Virus record (IMG/VR): IMGVR_UViG_2896054739_000007
Coordinates: 98,560 to 162,559 of that record
DNA: 64,000 nt
From: a virus
Taxonomy: Duplodnaviria > Caudoviricetes
Direction: 5' to 3' (one strand)
Shown here: in pieces, positions 31,088 through 41,741 of the stretch
Numbering within the stretch: the stretch's first letter is position 1
Layout: each line of letters opens with the position of its first letter
Notes under the pieces: model-generated
Database searches by the model: none
What the model saw: only the letters and a program-made list of their open reading frames with translations
What the model was told of the DNA's origin: nothing
Position numbers and translations under genes: made by a program

Positions 31088-31690
31088 ATGGCAAATTATA
31101 ATGTAGTCGAAACCACAAATATGTGGGGCGCAAAGTGTCTGTCTTTTCAGGCAACTTCTGATATTGAAAATGGAATGTTAGTTGCAAAGGGTGATTTAGT
31201 AACTGGTGAAACAGATATTTATACTGCTTCTGTTCCTACTACTTCTGATGAAGTATATCTTGTGGCAAATCCTGCATGGTCTTATGACAACAATCGAGCA
31301 ACCGATCAGAATGAAGAGAATTATATTAACAAGGCTGGTGTGCCTTTTAGAGTTTATCAGTTAAAGAAAGATAATAAGTTCAAGACTTATAGCACTGGTA
31401 TTACACCCATTACTGAAACAAAAGAAAGCGAAACAAAAGATGTACCTGTAGCAGTTGGTCAGTATATCACTGTTGATGGCTCTACAAATAAGCCTAAAGC
31501 AGTTGCTACGAAGCCTACTTCTGGTTTTGTTGGTAAGGTAATTGCCGTTGAGGAAATTGGTTTCCCTTACTGCATTGGTTCTATTGGTCAAAATGTTGTT
31601 ATCGGTTCTGGTGATTCCGCTGTTGGTATGGGATATTCCGCTGATACAAGAGTAACCAAAGTAACTATTGAAGTTATTAAGAATGTCTAA
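31088..31690 (+). CDS. Putative capsid decoration/cement protein
   Basis: DIENGMLV motif; position before MCP. Confidence 0.6.
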   Translation: MANYNVVETTNMWGAKCLSFQATSDIENGMLVAKGDLVTGETDIYTASVPTTSDEVYLVANPAWSYDNNRATDQNEENYINKAGVPFRVYQLKKDNKFKTYSTGITPITETKESETKDVPVAVGQYITVDGSTNKPKAVATKPTSGFVGKVIAVEEIGFPYCIGSIGQNVVIGSGDSAVGMGYSADTRVTKVTIEVIKNV

Positions 31691-31709
31691 TTAGGGAGGT
31701 ATATAAAAT

Positions 31710-32726
31710 ATGGGAAACTATCTTGTTGAATTAACAAATTTGATGAATGATTCTCTTACTGGCAGAGTTGGTCTGTTTGCAGAAGGTGCAGAAAAGTTTA
31801 CGGATCAGGCTATAAGAGAGGCGTTCTTTGATATTCTTGGTGAAGATAAACTTACTTGGCAGGGTTGGAGAAACCATAAGAATGAAATCTTTACTGTCAT
31901 GGAAAATGTACTTACAACCAATCTGCCTCTTGCATGGGAAGGTTCTCCTTTCTATGAGCAGTTCGTAGAAGTGAAGAACGGTGCATTAGGCGATAAGAAT
32001 GAGTTTGTAGTTGAGGACAATTCCGTTCTTGTTGCAACAAAATTTGCTGGTAATTACTGGTCTACTGACAGAACGAAGTTACAGGGCAAAAAGAGTTTTG
32101 GTGTATCTACGGAATGGATTTACATTCATATTTATGATGAATTAGAGAGATTCCTGAAGGGTACTGTTACTATTCCTGAAATGCTTGCTAAGTTGCAGAA
32201 AGGTTTCCAAAATGAAATTGATGCACGTATCTATACTGCTTTCAATGGTGCTGGTACATATCTTCCTTCCGCATTTCAAGAGTCTGGTTCTTATGATAGA
32301 ACTACTATGGCAAATCTGATTGAGAAGGTACAGGTTGCTTCTCAGAAAAATGTAGTTCTTGCTGGTACTCGTACTGCTCTTGCGCAGATTGCAGAAGGTA
32401 TGGACACAAAACTTATTTCCAATTCTCAGAAAGAAGAATTTGCAACTAATGGTTGCGTTCTGAATTTGACTGGTCTTGGTGTAAGTGCAATCATGATTCC
32501 TCAGACATTTGTTCGTGGTACTTATGATTTCAAAGTAGATAATAAGTCTATCTATGTTCTGCCTGATGCAGAGAAACCTATTAAGATGTACTTCGAGGGT
32601 GATACAAGGGCAAGAGACCTTACGGCACAGGATACGAACGATCAGACATACGACAGTCAGGTGCAGACAAAATTAGGAACCGGCATTGTGTTTAGCAATC
32701 TTATGGGCAAATATGCCGTATCTTAA
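31710..32726 (+). CDS. Major capsid protein
   Basis: 338 aa; position; FVEVKNGALGDKNEF and VVLAGTRTAL patterns; strongly biased codons. Confidence 0.8.
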   Translation: MGNYLVELTNLMNDSLTGRVGLFAEGAEKFTDQAIREAFFDILGEDKLTWQGWRNHKNEIFTVMENVLTTNLPLAWEGSPFYEQFVEVKNGALGDKNEFVVEDNSVLVATKFAGNYWSTDRTKLQGKKSFGVSTEWIYIHIYDELERFLKGTVTIPEMLAKLQKGFQNEIDARIYTAFNGAGTYLPSAFQESGSYDRTTMANLIEKVQVASQKNVVLAGTRTALAQIAEGMDTKLISNSQKEEFATNGCVLNLTGLGVSAIMIPQTFVRGTYDFKVDNKSIYVLPDAEKPIKMYFEGDTRARDLTAQDTNDQTYDSQVQTKLGTGIVFSNLMGKYAVS

Positions 32727-32814
32727 TTAGTAGATATATAAATTTTATTCAGCACCGATTAAGGTGTTATTTATGCCCAAATTGGTGCTGAAAATAAATC
32801 AATGAGGTAAATAT

Positions 32815-33024
32815 ATGGAAAAAGAACAGAAAAATTCATTTTTCCATTGCTACTCTTTTAACTTATATCATTTCTTAAAATCACAAGGTTTTAATTACAT
32901 TAAAAAGTCTAAAAACAAGACTAATAATTTGACTTATTTCACTTTTGAGAAATCAGAAGAATTAAATAAGACAATCAACACTTGGAATGAGTTAAAAGAA
33001 AAATCAAAGATGGAGGAATTATAA
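32815..33024 (+). CDS. Small phage protein (DUF5659-like)
   Basis: FFHCYSFNLYHFLKSQGF..YFTFEKSEEL. Confidence 0.55.
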   Translation: MEKEQKNSFFHCYSFNLYHFLKSQGFNYIKKSKNKTNNLTYFTFEKSEELNKTINTWNELKEKSKMEEL

Positions 33025-33026
33025 AC

Positions 33027-33794
33027 ATGGATTATACAAAAATGGAACTTGACGAATTAAAAGAATTAGCAAAGTCAAGAGGTCTTAAAGTAGGTAATAT
33101 TGGCAAAGATAAATTGATTGCAAAATTGAAAGAAAATGACGCATATACTGCTGTTTCTGCTGAAGACGATGATTTAGCAGAAAACGTAGATATGACGCAG
33201 ACTGTAGAACAGAACAATGTACCAAAAGATGTAGAAAAATCACAGGATGAAGTATCGGAAGATACTAAACCAGTGTCTTTGTTGGATGCTATTTCTGAAA
33301 CCATTGACGATTTAGATGAATCCGCTGACGATAAAGACGATTACGAAGATAAATTAGACCTTGATACTTCTATTCCAGTTAAATCTATTACATTTGGCGG
33401 TCTTACATATAAATCTAGGACAACAAACGCTGTAATCAGATGGAAACAGATTGGTGAAATTCAATACATGACGGTTGCAGAACTGAATGAAATGAATAAT
33501 TACAGTAGCGATTTCCTTAATAAACCATTGGTTATTCTTATGGACGAACGTGCTGTTAAAAAGTTCAGGCTTACTCCTGTATATGAGAATGTTGCAAAGC
33601 TAAACAATCTTAAATCAGTTTTTAATTCTGATTTGGCTACAATTAGCAAGGTCGTAGATGATGCTTTGCGTGTAAATATGCGAGATATTCTTATTAGCAA
33701 GGTAAGACAGATGTATAAGACAGGAAAATTAGTTGATGTCAATGTACTTCGACTGTTACAGGATAAATTACATTTTGATATTTTAAGTGAATAA
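33027..33794 (+). CDS. Virion morphogenesis-region protein with N-terminal helix-extension-helix (Rho-N-like) motif
   Basis: ELKELAKSRGLKVGNIGKDKLIAKL; position after MCP. Confidence 0.55.
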   Translation: MDYTKMELDELKELAKSRGLKVGNIGKDKLIAKLKENDAYTAVSAEDDDLAENVDMTQTVEQNNVPKDVEKSQDEVSEDTKPVSLLDAISETIDDLDESADDKDDYEDKLDLDTSIPVKSITFGGLTYKSRTTNAVIRWKQIGEIQYMTVAELNEMNNYSSDFLNKPLVILMDERAVKKFRLTPVYENVAKLNNLKSVFNSDLATISKVVDDALRVNMRDILISKVRQMYKTGKLVDVNVLRLLQDKLHFDILSE

Positions 33795-33805
33795 TATAAA
33801 GGCAG

Positions 33806-34267
33806 GTGATGGATATGGCTAATACTACATACAAAGAACTTGCCGATGCTGTTTTCCGCAGTATAAAGGATCGTTCTTTTTGTGATATATCAGAAGAAAT
33901 GGCTTATGACATTGTTATTGGCTATATCAGACCCGCCATCGTTAAATTTCAGTCATGCAAACAGGATCTATCACAAAGAGACGATGAACTTGGACAATTT
34001 AATTTTAGATTGACAGATGATACATTTATTCTGTTGTGTAACTATATGACGATAGAATGGCTTACAAGTGAGTTTATTTTGACAAGGGAAGCATTAAAGG
34101 CTCGTATGTCTACTGTTGATTTTCATAAGATTGATAACAAAGATATGCTTACAAAAGCAAAAGAATTACGTTCTGAACTTATGAAAGAGAATGATCAACT
34201 TGCAATCAATAAATCATACAGAAATTCCAAGTTGTTTGACTTAGTTACAAATAGAAAGAAGGTGTAA
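33806..34267 (+). CDS. Putative head-tail adaptor
   Basis: Synteny and size. Confidence 0.5.
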   Translation: MMDMANTTYKELADAVFRSIKDRSFCDISEEMAYDIVIGYIRPAIVKFQSCKQDLSQRDDELGQFNFRLTDDTFILLCNYMTIEWLTSEFILTREALKARMSTVDFHKIDNKDMLTKAKELRSELMKENDQLAINKSYRNSKLFDLVTNRKKV

Positions 34268-34270
34268 TGT

Positions 34271-35308
34271 ATGAGCCTTCAACTTATGAAAGAGCGAATC
34301 AAACATAGTGGTTCTACGGCACGAGAGGAAATGATAATTGATGGACAGAATCTATTAAAAGAAGAGTTAGAACATGATTCGTCTTACTCTCCCACTATGT
34401 ATTTCTGGAATCCAGTGTTGGGATGTGATGACAGACCTGCAAAAGTCAGAATATATAAACGGAAATATAGTTCGCTAAATGGAAACTATCAGAATTTTCT
34501 AACCACATATGACAATCCAATTAAGATTGGTGAGTATCTGCACGATACGAAAGATGATACATACTGGCTTATATATAATTCTTTCAATGTCAATGATGTA
34601 CATTATGAAGGGAAAATGATTCAGTGCAATTATCTTCTAAAATGGCAGCTTGCAAATGGGGAAATTATAGAGCGTTATTCTAATATAGTTTCTGCATCCA
34701 AGTATGATGTTGGAGAGACAGGTAATAGTACGCTTGTGCTGAGTTCTAACAACTATACTATCCTTATTGGATATTGTGAAGAAGGTTTTGAACTGGAAGG
34801 CAAACGAGTATTCATTGATATGAAGCCAACTAAGCCTACTAAGGTGTTCAAAATTACTCGTAGTGACGATGTTCTGTATAATTCTGGTAATATGGGTTCC
34901 TTGTTAAGTTTCATAGCTGATAAAACAGAATTCAATCCAAATGACGATAATCAGGAATTGAGGATATGTGATTATAATAAAAATACCACTCCTCTCCCAC
35001 CAACTCCACCAGAACCCGATGAAACGACAGATTTAAGGTGTGTAATTTCTGGGAATACAAATCTGAAAAATGGGTATAAGCGTCCTTATATTGTAAAATT
35101 CACAGATAAAAATAAAAATGATATTAGCTGGAGAGATGTTGATTTTAAATGGAATATAGTAGGCGATTTAGGACTCGTAGTAAATTCATATGAAAACAAA
35201 ATAGACTTATTAGTAGACAATGAAGATTTAATAGGATCTTCTTTTTTATTGCAAATAATTATCATAGGTAAAGTTTTAGCAGAATTTGAAATAACAATAA
35301 TTGAATGA
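34271..35308 (+). CDS. Putative head closure/neck protein
   Basis: IKIGEYL..YWLI..KMIQCNYLLKW pattern; synteny. Confidence 0.55.
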   Translation: MSLQLMKERIKHSGSTAREEMIIDGQNLLKEELEHDSSYSPTMYFWNPVLGCDDRPAKVRIYKRKYSSLNGNYQNFLTTYDNPIKIGEYLHDTKDDTYWLIYNSFNVNDVHYEGKMIQCNYLLKWQLANGEIIERYSNIVSASKYDVGETGNSTLVLSSNNYTILIGYCEEGFELEGKRVFIDMKPTKPTKVFKITRSDDVLYNSGNMGSLLSFIADKTEFNPNDDNQELRICDYNKNTTPLPPTPPEPDETTDLRCVISGNTNLKNGYKRPYIVKFTDKNKNDISWRDVDFKWNIVGDLGLVVNSYENKIDLLVDNEDLIGSSFLLQIIIIGKVLAEFEITIIE

Positions 35309-35319
35309 TAAAGGTGATT

Positions 35320-35913
35320 ATGTCAAATTTATATAATGCATCAAGATATAAAAATGTGATAATAAATCTCCTCTTGAAAAATAATGATTTTGTCACATTG
35401 ATGAATCCACAAAAGCCGCCACATAATCAGTTGGAAATACAAGATATGTTACTTGGTGGTACATGGTTTATTGACAGAAAGAAATATGAAGTTCAGGGAC
35501 AACTTTTTGATCATAATTTCGTAGACGATACTACTGACGAAGAAAAAACATTTGTGTTTGTTGAAACAGATATAAATATGATTAGACAAAATATTTTTAC
35601 TGACTTTGGCTTATATATATGCATTTTTACATCAAAATCTCTCATCAGAATAACAGATGATACCGTTCCTTCAATCAATGAAGTTGAAGGGATGGGTTAT
35701 GAAGTAGGTCATTATGGCAACCGCATAGATATTTTATGCGATACTGTAGATCGAATTCTAAAAGGAAATAGAAAAATTAAAGGTATTGGTAATATAGAAC
35801 CTGCTGAAAGGGGATTTTGCACATTATATTCTCCAAACAACAAATATTACGGAAAATGTTTAAAATACAACGTCACAAATTTAAACGAGGTTGAAAATAG
35901 TTGTGAAAATTAA
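35320..35913 (+). CDS. Putative tail completion protein
   Basis: Synteny; NRIDILCDTVDRIL. Confidence 0.45.
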   Translation: MSNLYNASRYKNVIINLLLKNNDFVTLMNPQKPPHNQLEIQDMLLGGTWFIDRKKYEVQGQLFDHNFVDDTTDEEKTFVFVETDINMIRQNIFTDFGLYICIFTSKSLIRITDDTVPSINEVEGMGYEVGHYGNRIDILCDTVDRILKGNRKIKGIGNIEPAERGFCTLYSPNNKYYGKCLKYNVTNLNEVENSCEN

Positions 35914-36661
35914 TAAAGAATATTTACTTCCATTTCTGATTTACAATAAACCTATCACCTACAATAATATTATACTATATCCTGTTACTATGAATGATGT
36001 TATTATGTTCCAAACTTTTTCAAATTCTATTACTGTAAGAAAAAATAGTATTTTTAGAAACAAACAGATTATAAAAATGAGTTATCTTGATTTCTTATTC
36101 TATTCTTTTGGAAATACGGATTTGGAAAATGAATATAAAATATCTGATTTATCTCAATATCTTTTTTTTGCGTTACAACTTTTAAGGTTATGTTGTAAAG
36201 ATCAAGAAGTCAAAATTTTTCAAGGAAACATATTTATAAACAATAAAATAGTCACTCCTGAAATATTTGATGATCTAAGAAGGATTATTATTATTCAGAA
36301 TGAAATAGATTTCGATATAGATGAATTTCTTAATTATGACACTGAACAGAAATTATTAAATGCACAACATTCGGTAAATAAAGAAGAAAACCAAGCGAAT
36401 ATTGAGGACTATATTGATTCTCTCATTATAGCTATGAATATTTCGGAAGAAAGAGTTATGCATATGACCATACGCAAATTTTGGAGATATATTAAACGTT
36501 ATCAATTACATGAAGGATATACTATTGCAAAAACTGGTGAATGTAGTGGTATGGTTTCTTTCAAAGAACCAATCAAACATTGGATGGCTTCTCTTGAAGT
36601 GGATGATAAATATAAAAATATTAAAATGGATGAAAATGAATTAAAGAGCAAAGTAAGTTAA
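35903..36661 (+). CDS. Putative tail assembly protein
   Basis: FDDLRRIIIIQN..MTIRKF; synteny. Confidence 0.45.
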   Translation: MKINKEYLLPFLIYNKPITYNNIILYPVTMNDVIMFQTFSNSITVRKNSIFRNKQIIKMSYLDFLFYSFGNTDLENEYKISDLSQYLFFALQLLRLCCKDQEVKIFQGNIFINNKIVTPEIFDDLRRIIIIQNEIDFDIDEFLNYDTEQKLLNAQHSVNKEENQANIEDYIDSLIIAMNISEERVMHMTIRKFWRYIKRYQLHEGYTIAKTGECSGMVSFKEPIKHWMASLEVDDKYKNIKMDENELKSKVS

Positions 36662-36714
36662 TAGCTTTGTTCTTTTTTTTGTTTCTTAGATAATAAAGAA
36701 AGTGAGGATTTTTA

Positions 36715-37728
36715 ATGTCTAAAAATGAAAAAAATTTTTTAGTAAGTACTGCAAATTTCGCTTTATATTATGACGATATTTTAGCATGTACTGGTACTAC
36801 AAACCTTAATACTTCTATTGAAGTTTCTATGCAGGAACAGAATGTTAATGCAGGTAAAGGGAATAAATTAATTTATTCTTTTAAGTATGGAAGAGAGTTA
36901 GGAGTGACACTTGAGGCCGCAGACTGGAAATTAGAATATATTGCATCTCAGGTTGGCTCTAAAATTACAGATGGTCTTACCGATGTATATAAACTTGCTG
37001 AATGTATCCAGATCAATGATGGAATCGGGGTGCTACCTACTGTTCCTATTGGAGACGTTGCTGTTGAGTTAAATAATGGGCTTATTATAACCACAACACC
37101 AGAAAAAACAACTATAGATCTAACTAAATATGGCATTGAAAAAGGGACTGTAAAAGTAACATATCAATATAATCGTATTGCAAAATCTATTACTATTGAT
37201 GCTGACAGTGCTCCTAATGTTTATAAACTTGTTCTTGACGCAGATAAGCATAATAATAATCTTGGGAAAGTTGGTAATGTTCAGGTAATCATTCCTTCAT
37301 ATCAACCAAGCGGTAATTTTACGATTAGCTTTACACCAGACGGCGTATCAAGTACAAATATTGATGGTAAAGCTCTTGCGGTTGAAGGAGATACATGCAC
37401 AGATGGTTCTAGTGTATATGCATATATTAAAGAGTTTGATGATACAGTCAAAGCTTTAAATGTGACAGAACTTGCTGCTACTCCAGCAAGCATAAATCTT
37501 AATTCTACTGACACAAGTAAAACAACAGCCATTTCGGTTATAGGATTAAAAGGAGCCTTATATTCACCAGTACAGTTAGATAATATTGACTGCGTTTTTG
37601 TAAGTGATGCTCCAGATATTGCTGTTGTGGATGAAAAAGGAATTGTATCTGCTGTAGCTTCTGGGACTGCTAAAATTACAGTTACATATAATGGTGTTTC
37701 TGATGAAATTGATGTCACTGTAGTCTAA
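36715..37728 (+). CDS. Major tail protein with C-terminal Ig-like domain
   Basis: C-terminal SDAPDIAVVDEKGIVSAVASGTAKITVTY (Big_2-like). Confidence 0.75.
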   Translation: MSKNEKNFLVSTANFALYYDDILACTGTTNLNTSIEVSMQEQNVNAGKGNKLIYSFKYGRELGVTLEAADWKLEYIASQVGSKITDGLTDVYKLAECIQINDGIGVLPTVPIGDVAVELNNGLIITTTPEKTTIDLTKYGIEKGTVKVTYQYNRIAKSITIDADSAPNVYKLVLDADKHNNNLGKVGNVQVIIPSYQPSGNFTISFTPDGVSSTNIDGKALAVEGDTCTDGSSVYAYIKEFDDTVKALNVTELAATPASINLNSTDTSKTTAISVIGLKGALYSPVQLDNIDCVFVSDAPDIAVVDEKGIVSAVASGTAKITVTYNGVSDEIDVTVV

Positions 37729-37790
37729 AAATAGTTTTAATAAAACGGATAGTTGAAAAATACTATCCGTTTATCTTTGGAGGACATTCA

Positions 37791-38051
37791 ATGGAAGAAG
37801 AAATAATTAAACAGAATAATGAACTAAGTAGGAATTTAAAAACACGCACTAAAAAGAAAAAGGATGATTTTAAAGAAAAGGAATGTAGCGTTATAAATTA
37901 TAACAATTCCTTAAAGACGTTGGACATAAATTTTGATGGATATGGGATTAGAATTAGAGATGTTAAGCACTTCAGCTGTCCTGCTACAACTGTGAATGTA
38001 AAATATAAAAGTGAAATAGGGCAACCTGATTTTTCTATTAAACTACTGTAG
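37791..38051 (+). CDS. Hypothetical protein
   Basis: ORF with GGAGG SD. Confidence 0.55.
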   Translation: MEEEIIKQNNELSRNLKTRTKKKKDDFKEKECSVINYNNSLKTLDINFDGYGIRIRDVKHFSCPATTVNVKYKSEIGQPDFSIKLL

Positions 38052-38426
38052 GTAAGTTATGTGTAAAAATTCTTATGAACAATTATCGGAACGTACTGGA
38101 AAAATAATGATCTTTTGTAATCTTATTGGAAATTCTGGAACAATAGATCAATTATGTATAAGTCAAAAATTTTGCAAAGATAAAGATAGGTATGTTGAGA
38201 TAGACCAAAAAAGAGATTGCAAATATTATGAATGAATTAATTTACATAAACGATAAGATATGGTGATAAATTCAAAAGTAAGGTTATTCAAGAGAATGAA
38301 TATAAAAGTAGATAACGTACCTGTGAGTGAACGGTTTTGGAATCAATAGTCAGGCAAGTTTACTACTTTCCTATTTTTAACAAGAATCAGAAAATATCTG
38401 GTTCTTTTTTATTGTAAAAAGAGAGG

Positions 38427-39224
38427 ATGATAAGAATGGCAAATACAATTTCCAATTATGGTTTGAATCTTATCAAAAGGTTTGAAGGGTGTCGGCTATC
38501 CGCATATAGAGATACTGTAGGGGTTATTACCATTGGATATGGTTGGACAAAACCAATAGATGGTAAACCACTAACAATGGGAACTAAAATTACACAGGCA
38601 AAAGCTGAATCATTATTAAAAGAAGGTCTTAAATCATATGAATCAAAAGTAAATAAATATGATAATAAATATCATTGGAATCAAAACCAGTTTGATGCAT
38701 TGGTGAGTTTCTGTTATAACATTGGAAATATCAATGGATTAACAGCAAATGGAACTCGTTCTATTTCACAAATTGCAGATAAATTTTTATCTTATAATAA
38801 AGCTAATGGACGAGTTATTGCAGGGTTGACATCAAGAAGAAAAGAAGAACGACAACTATTTTTAAAAACTGACATAACACAATCTGCTAATACAAACTAT
38901 CTAAACACCGTAAATAAATATACTCAGAAAGACTTTGTAAGAGATATACAAAAAGCTATTGGTGCAAAAGTTGACGGAATTGCAGGGAATGAAACCCTAT
39001 CAAAAACAGTAACAGTATCTATAACAAAAAATATTAAACATGCGGTTGTAAAACCAATACAGAAATATTTGAATACACTTGGATATAATTGTGGGACTGT
39101 TGATGGTATTACAGGGCAAAAATTTGATTCTGCCGTCAAAAAGTTTCAAGAAGCAAATGGATGTAAAATTGATGGAGAAATTACTGCCAGAAAGAAAACA
39201 TGGCAAAAATTATTAAAGTTTTAG
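38427..39224 (+). CDS. Endolysin: GH24 lysozyme plus peptidoglycan-binding domain
   Basis: LIKRFEGCRLSAYRD..TIGYG, NQFDALVSFCYNIG, GLTSRRKEE; VDGITG..AVKKFQ. Confidence 0.92.
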   Translation: MIRMANTISNYGLNLIKRFEGCRLSAYRDTVGVITIGYGWTKPIDGKPLTMGTKITQAKAESLLKEGLKSYESKVNKYDNKYHWNQNQFDALVSFCYNIGNINGLTANGTRSISQIADKFLSYNKANGRVIAGLTSRRKEERQLFLKTDITQSANTNYLNTVNKYTQKDFVRDIQKAIGAKVDGIAGNETLSKTVTVSITKNIKHAVVKPIQKYLNTLGYNCGTVDGITGQKFDSAVKKFQEANGCKIDGEITARKKTWQKLLKF

Positions 39225-39235
39225 CGTGAGGGAAA

Positions 39236-39607
39236 ATGAAAGAATTTAGTAAAAAATTACTATTTGCTGATTATATTATAGCAGTTATTTTGATAGTAGG
39301 TTTTTTTATTTGTATTGCTTTAAATGGTATGTATGTAAAAGAAGCATACAATTCTATCATTAATAGTGGAATAGATATTTCTTACTCTTCCATTCCACAG
39401 TTATATAATCTTGATGGTTTTGGAATTCTACTCGGAGCTTGGGTGGCACAGTTAGGTTTGTCATCAGGCGCATATTATTTAATGTCTCGTAGCGACCATA
39501 AGATTCAATTACCTATGGCAATGTTAAATACTATGCCAGATGAGATTAAATCACAGTTGGATTTGAATCAAGTTATAACAACCGTACTTTCAACAACTGA
39601 TAATTAG
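39236..39607 (+). CDS. Membrane protein of the lysis cassette
   Basis: Two TM helices; MKEFSKKLL start. Confidence 0.55.
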   Translation: MKEFSKKLLFADYIIAVILIVGFFICIALNGMYVKEAYNSIINSGIDISYSSIPQLYNLDGFGILLGAWVAQLGLSSGAYYLMSRSDHKIQLPMAMLNTMPDEIKSQLDLNQVITTVLSTTDN

Positions 39608-39623
39608 AGGAGGATTTTTATAT

Positions 39624-39929
39624 ATGACAACTACTATGTTTCTAATTCTGCTTTCTGGGTTCTCTGTAATAAGTAGTCTTGTAACTGAAGGTATTAAAAA
39701 TGTCGCAACAGATAAAGTAAATTTGTCTTATAATATTGTTGCACTTATTACTGCTCTTATTGTAGGAGGCGGAGGCACTGCTGTATATTATCAGCTAAAT
39801 GCTGTTCCTTTTACTGTAAATAATGTTATTTATGCAGTCCTAATGGGATTGGCAAGTGGCTTGGTATCTATGGTGGGATTCGATAAGGTTAAACAAGCAA
39901 TTGTGCAAATCACAAATAAGAAAGGCTGA
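39624..39929 (+). CDS. Holin-like protein
   Basis: Three TM helices; SLVTEGIK..SMVGFDKVKQAI. Confidence 0.7.
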   Translation: MTTTMFLILLSGFSVISSLVTEGIKNVATDKVNLSYNIVALITALIVGGGGTAVYYQLNAVPFTVNNVIYAVLMGLASGLVSMVGFDKVKQAIVQITNKKG

Positions 39930-39937
39930 TTTATGGA

Positions 39938-40510
39938 ATGGAAGAAATATTAACTAAATACCTAATAGATATTGATCCAATGATAATTGTAATTGCAGTT
40001 ATAATTCTGATTTTTATAGGTTGGATTATTGTAAAGAATAGAAAAATAATTTCTGATTTTTTTGATGATTTATACAACAGAAAGAAAAATAAAGAAGAGT
40101 TACTACAAACAATAAAAAATAATCAGTCTGCAATCAAAGAAATAATGGATAACAGAGTGCATGATCGTGAACAATCATTAACCATTCAAAGAGAGTTAAC
40201 TGATGCACAGAATAAGCTTTCAGAATCAATATTTAATATTTCCAAGAAAATAGATGATATGAAACGTAATACAGATGAGCGATTTATGGAAAGCGAACGA
40301 AAGAACAATAAGCGGATCAGGGCTGAGTTAAAAGACAAAATAAGTCAATCTTATCGGTATTATCATGAACTTGGGAAAATCAATGATATGGAGTTAGAAG
40401 CTCTGGAAGATTTGATTGAGGAATATGAAGAAGCTGACGGGAAAAATTCATTTGTACATTCAGTTGTACAAAAAGAAATGTATACATGGGAAAAGATTGA
40501 GCGAATGTAA
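39938..40510 (+). CDS. Membrane-anchored coiled-coil protein (holin-associated)
   Basis: N-terminal TM; C-terminal YEEADGKNSFV. Confidence 0.55.
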   Translation: MEEILTKYLIDIDPMIIVIAVIILIFIGWIIVKNRKIISDFFDDLYNRKKNKEELLQTIKNNQSAIKEIMDNRVHDREQSLTIQRELTDAQNKLSESIFNISKKIDDMKRNTDERFMESERKNNKRIRAELKDKISQSYRYYHELGKINDMELEALEDLIEEYEEADGKNSFVHSVVQKEMYTWEKIERM

Positions 40511-40640
40511 ATATAATTGAAAGAGCAATTTCATTGTGAGGTTGCTCTTTTTATTTGGAGAAGTATCTATATGAATACCAATAAATTGATATAGGTATTT
40601 CACATACCAAAATGTCAGAGGTTATTGAACTGGCATTATT

Positions 40641-40788
40641 ATAGAACAAACTTATATGGGTCGCTCCCAGATAAAAGTGGTGGTCAAATCTCCTACCACC
40701 ACTCTGTTCTATTTTTAGGAAATTTTAGGAGATGAATGTAGAAATAGAAATTGGAACTGAAAAATATTTTTTAATGTAAAGGAGATTT
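40641..40788 (+). promoter_or_regulatory. Structured leader with loop complementary to the SD
   Basis: ATAGAACA/TGTTCTAT closing stem, two hairpins; loop AAATCTCCT (40686-40694) is complementary to AGGAGATTT (40780-40788). Confidence 0.55.
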
Positions 40789-40794
40789 ATAGTT

Positions 40795-41682
40795 ATGTCA
40801 ATAGCTGATGAATATAAACAATTTTATACACAGATGTTAGAAATACAAACAAATTTTATATTAGATTATTATAAAAAGATGTTTGAAAAATTGAATGTTC
40901 AAGATTTTCTATATTTATATAAGACGTATTGTTTACATTCTACATCATCACATATAGAATATGTTTATTTTATGTATAACGAAGTGACAAATCTAATAAA
41001 AATAGGAAAATCAGAAAATCCTATACAAAGACTACGCTCTATAAATACTGTATTTAAAACGCAATTTGGACTCGAAGATAAAATACACCTTATCAATTTG
41101 ATTTGTGTTCCATCAGGAAAATCTTTATGTCTCGAAAAACAGATTCATGAAAAATTTAAAAATTATAGAAAAAATGGAGAATGGTTTTTGCTAAATAAAA
41201 ATCAAGTTTTTAGTTTGTTAAATTCTCCTATTATAAAAATGATATTTGATGACAATCTACATATCTATTATATTTATGATGAGGATTTTAAACAAGAATA
41301 TTCCTTTCAATTACCATCAAAAAAAGAACTATATGAATTCGCTTTAGATACTTTGGACAATTACACGATTGAAATTGCACTAGGTAATTTAGAAGCTGCG
41401 TTAGTAATGAAAAAATACATACATTCATCAGTTTGTAATGGACTAGCTAATAAATTTTTTGGTGTTGATATAAGAACTATGGATACACCATTCTCAATAA
41501 ATACTAACAAACATTCATGGGATATATTTAAATGGATGTACATAAATAATTATATATTATTAAAAAATGAAAATGGCAATAGCATCCTATTTTCAAAAGA
41601 AAATATGGAATATGTATATTATGAAGAAAAAATAATAGATTTGCTTAGAACAGACGGATATTATGATGCTGTAACTGAATAG
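40795..41682 (+). CDS. GIY-YIG-like (T5orf172/MUG113) nuclease-domain protein
   Basis: YVYFM..IKIGKSENPIQRL..LEKQIHEKFKNYRKNGEWF. Confidence 0.8.
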   Translation: MSIADEYKQFYTQMLEIQTNFILDYYKKMFEKLNVQDFLYLYKTYCLHSTSSHIEYVYFMYNEVTNLIKIGKSENPIQRLRSINTVFKTQFGLEDKIHLINLICVPSGKSLCLEKQIHEKFKNYRKNGEWFLLNKNQVFSLLNSPIIKMIFDDNLHIYYIYDEDFKQEYSFQLPSKKELYEFALDTLDNYTIEIALGNLEAALVMKKYIHSSVCNGLANKFFGVDIRTMDTPFSINTNKHSWDIFKWMYINNYILLKNENGNSILFSKENMEYVYYEEKIIDLLRTDGYYDAVTE

Positions 41683-41741
41683 ATAAAATCGCTACTCCAC
41701 TATCTATTAATTATGGATAGTGGAATTTTTATGTAAAGGAA

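Noticed and set aside
41696-41730. TCCAC/GTGGA pair as another docking element
   Set aside because: Here the two motifs form the stem of an ordinary terminator hairpin, not exposed loops, and no splice-site motif follows.
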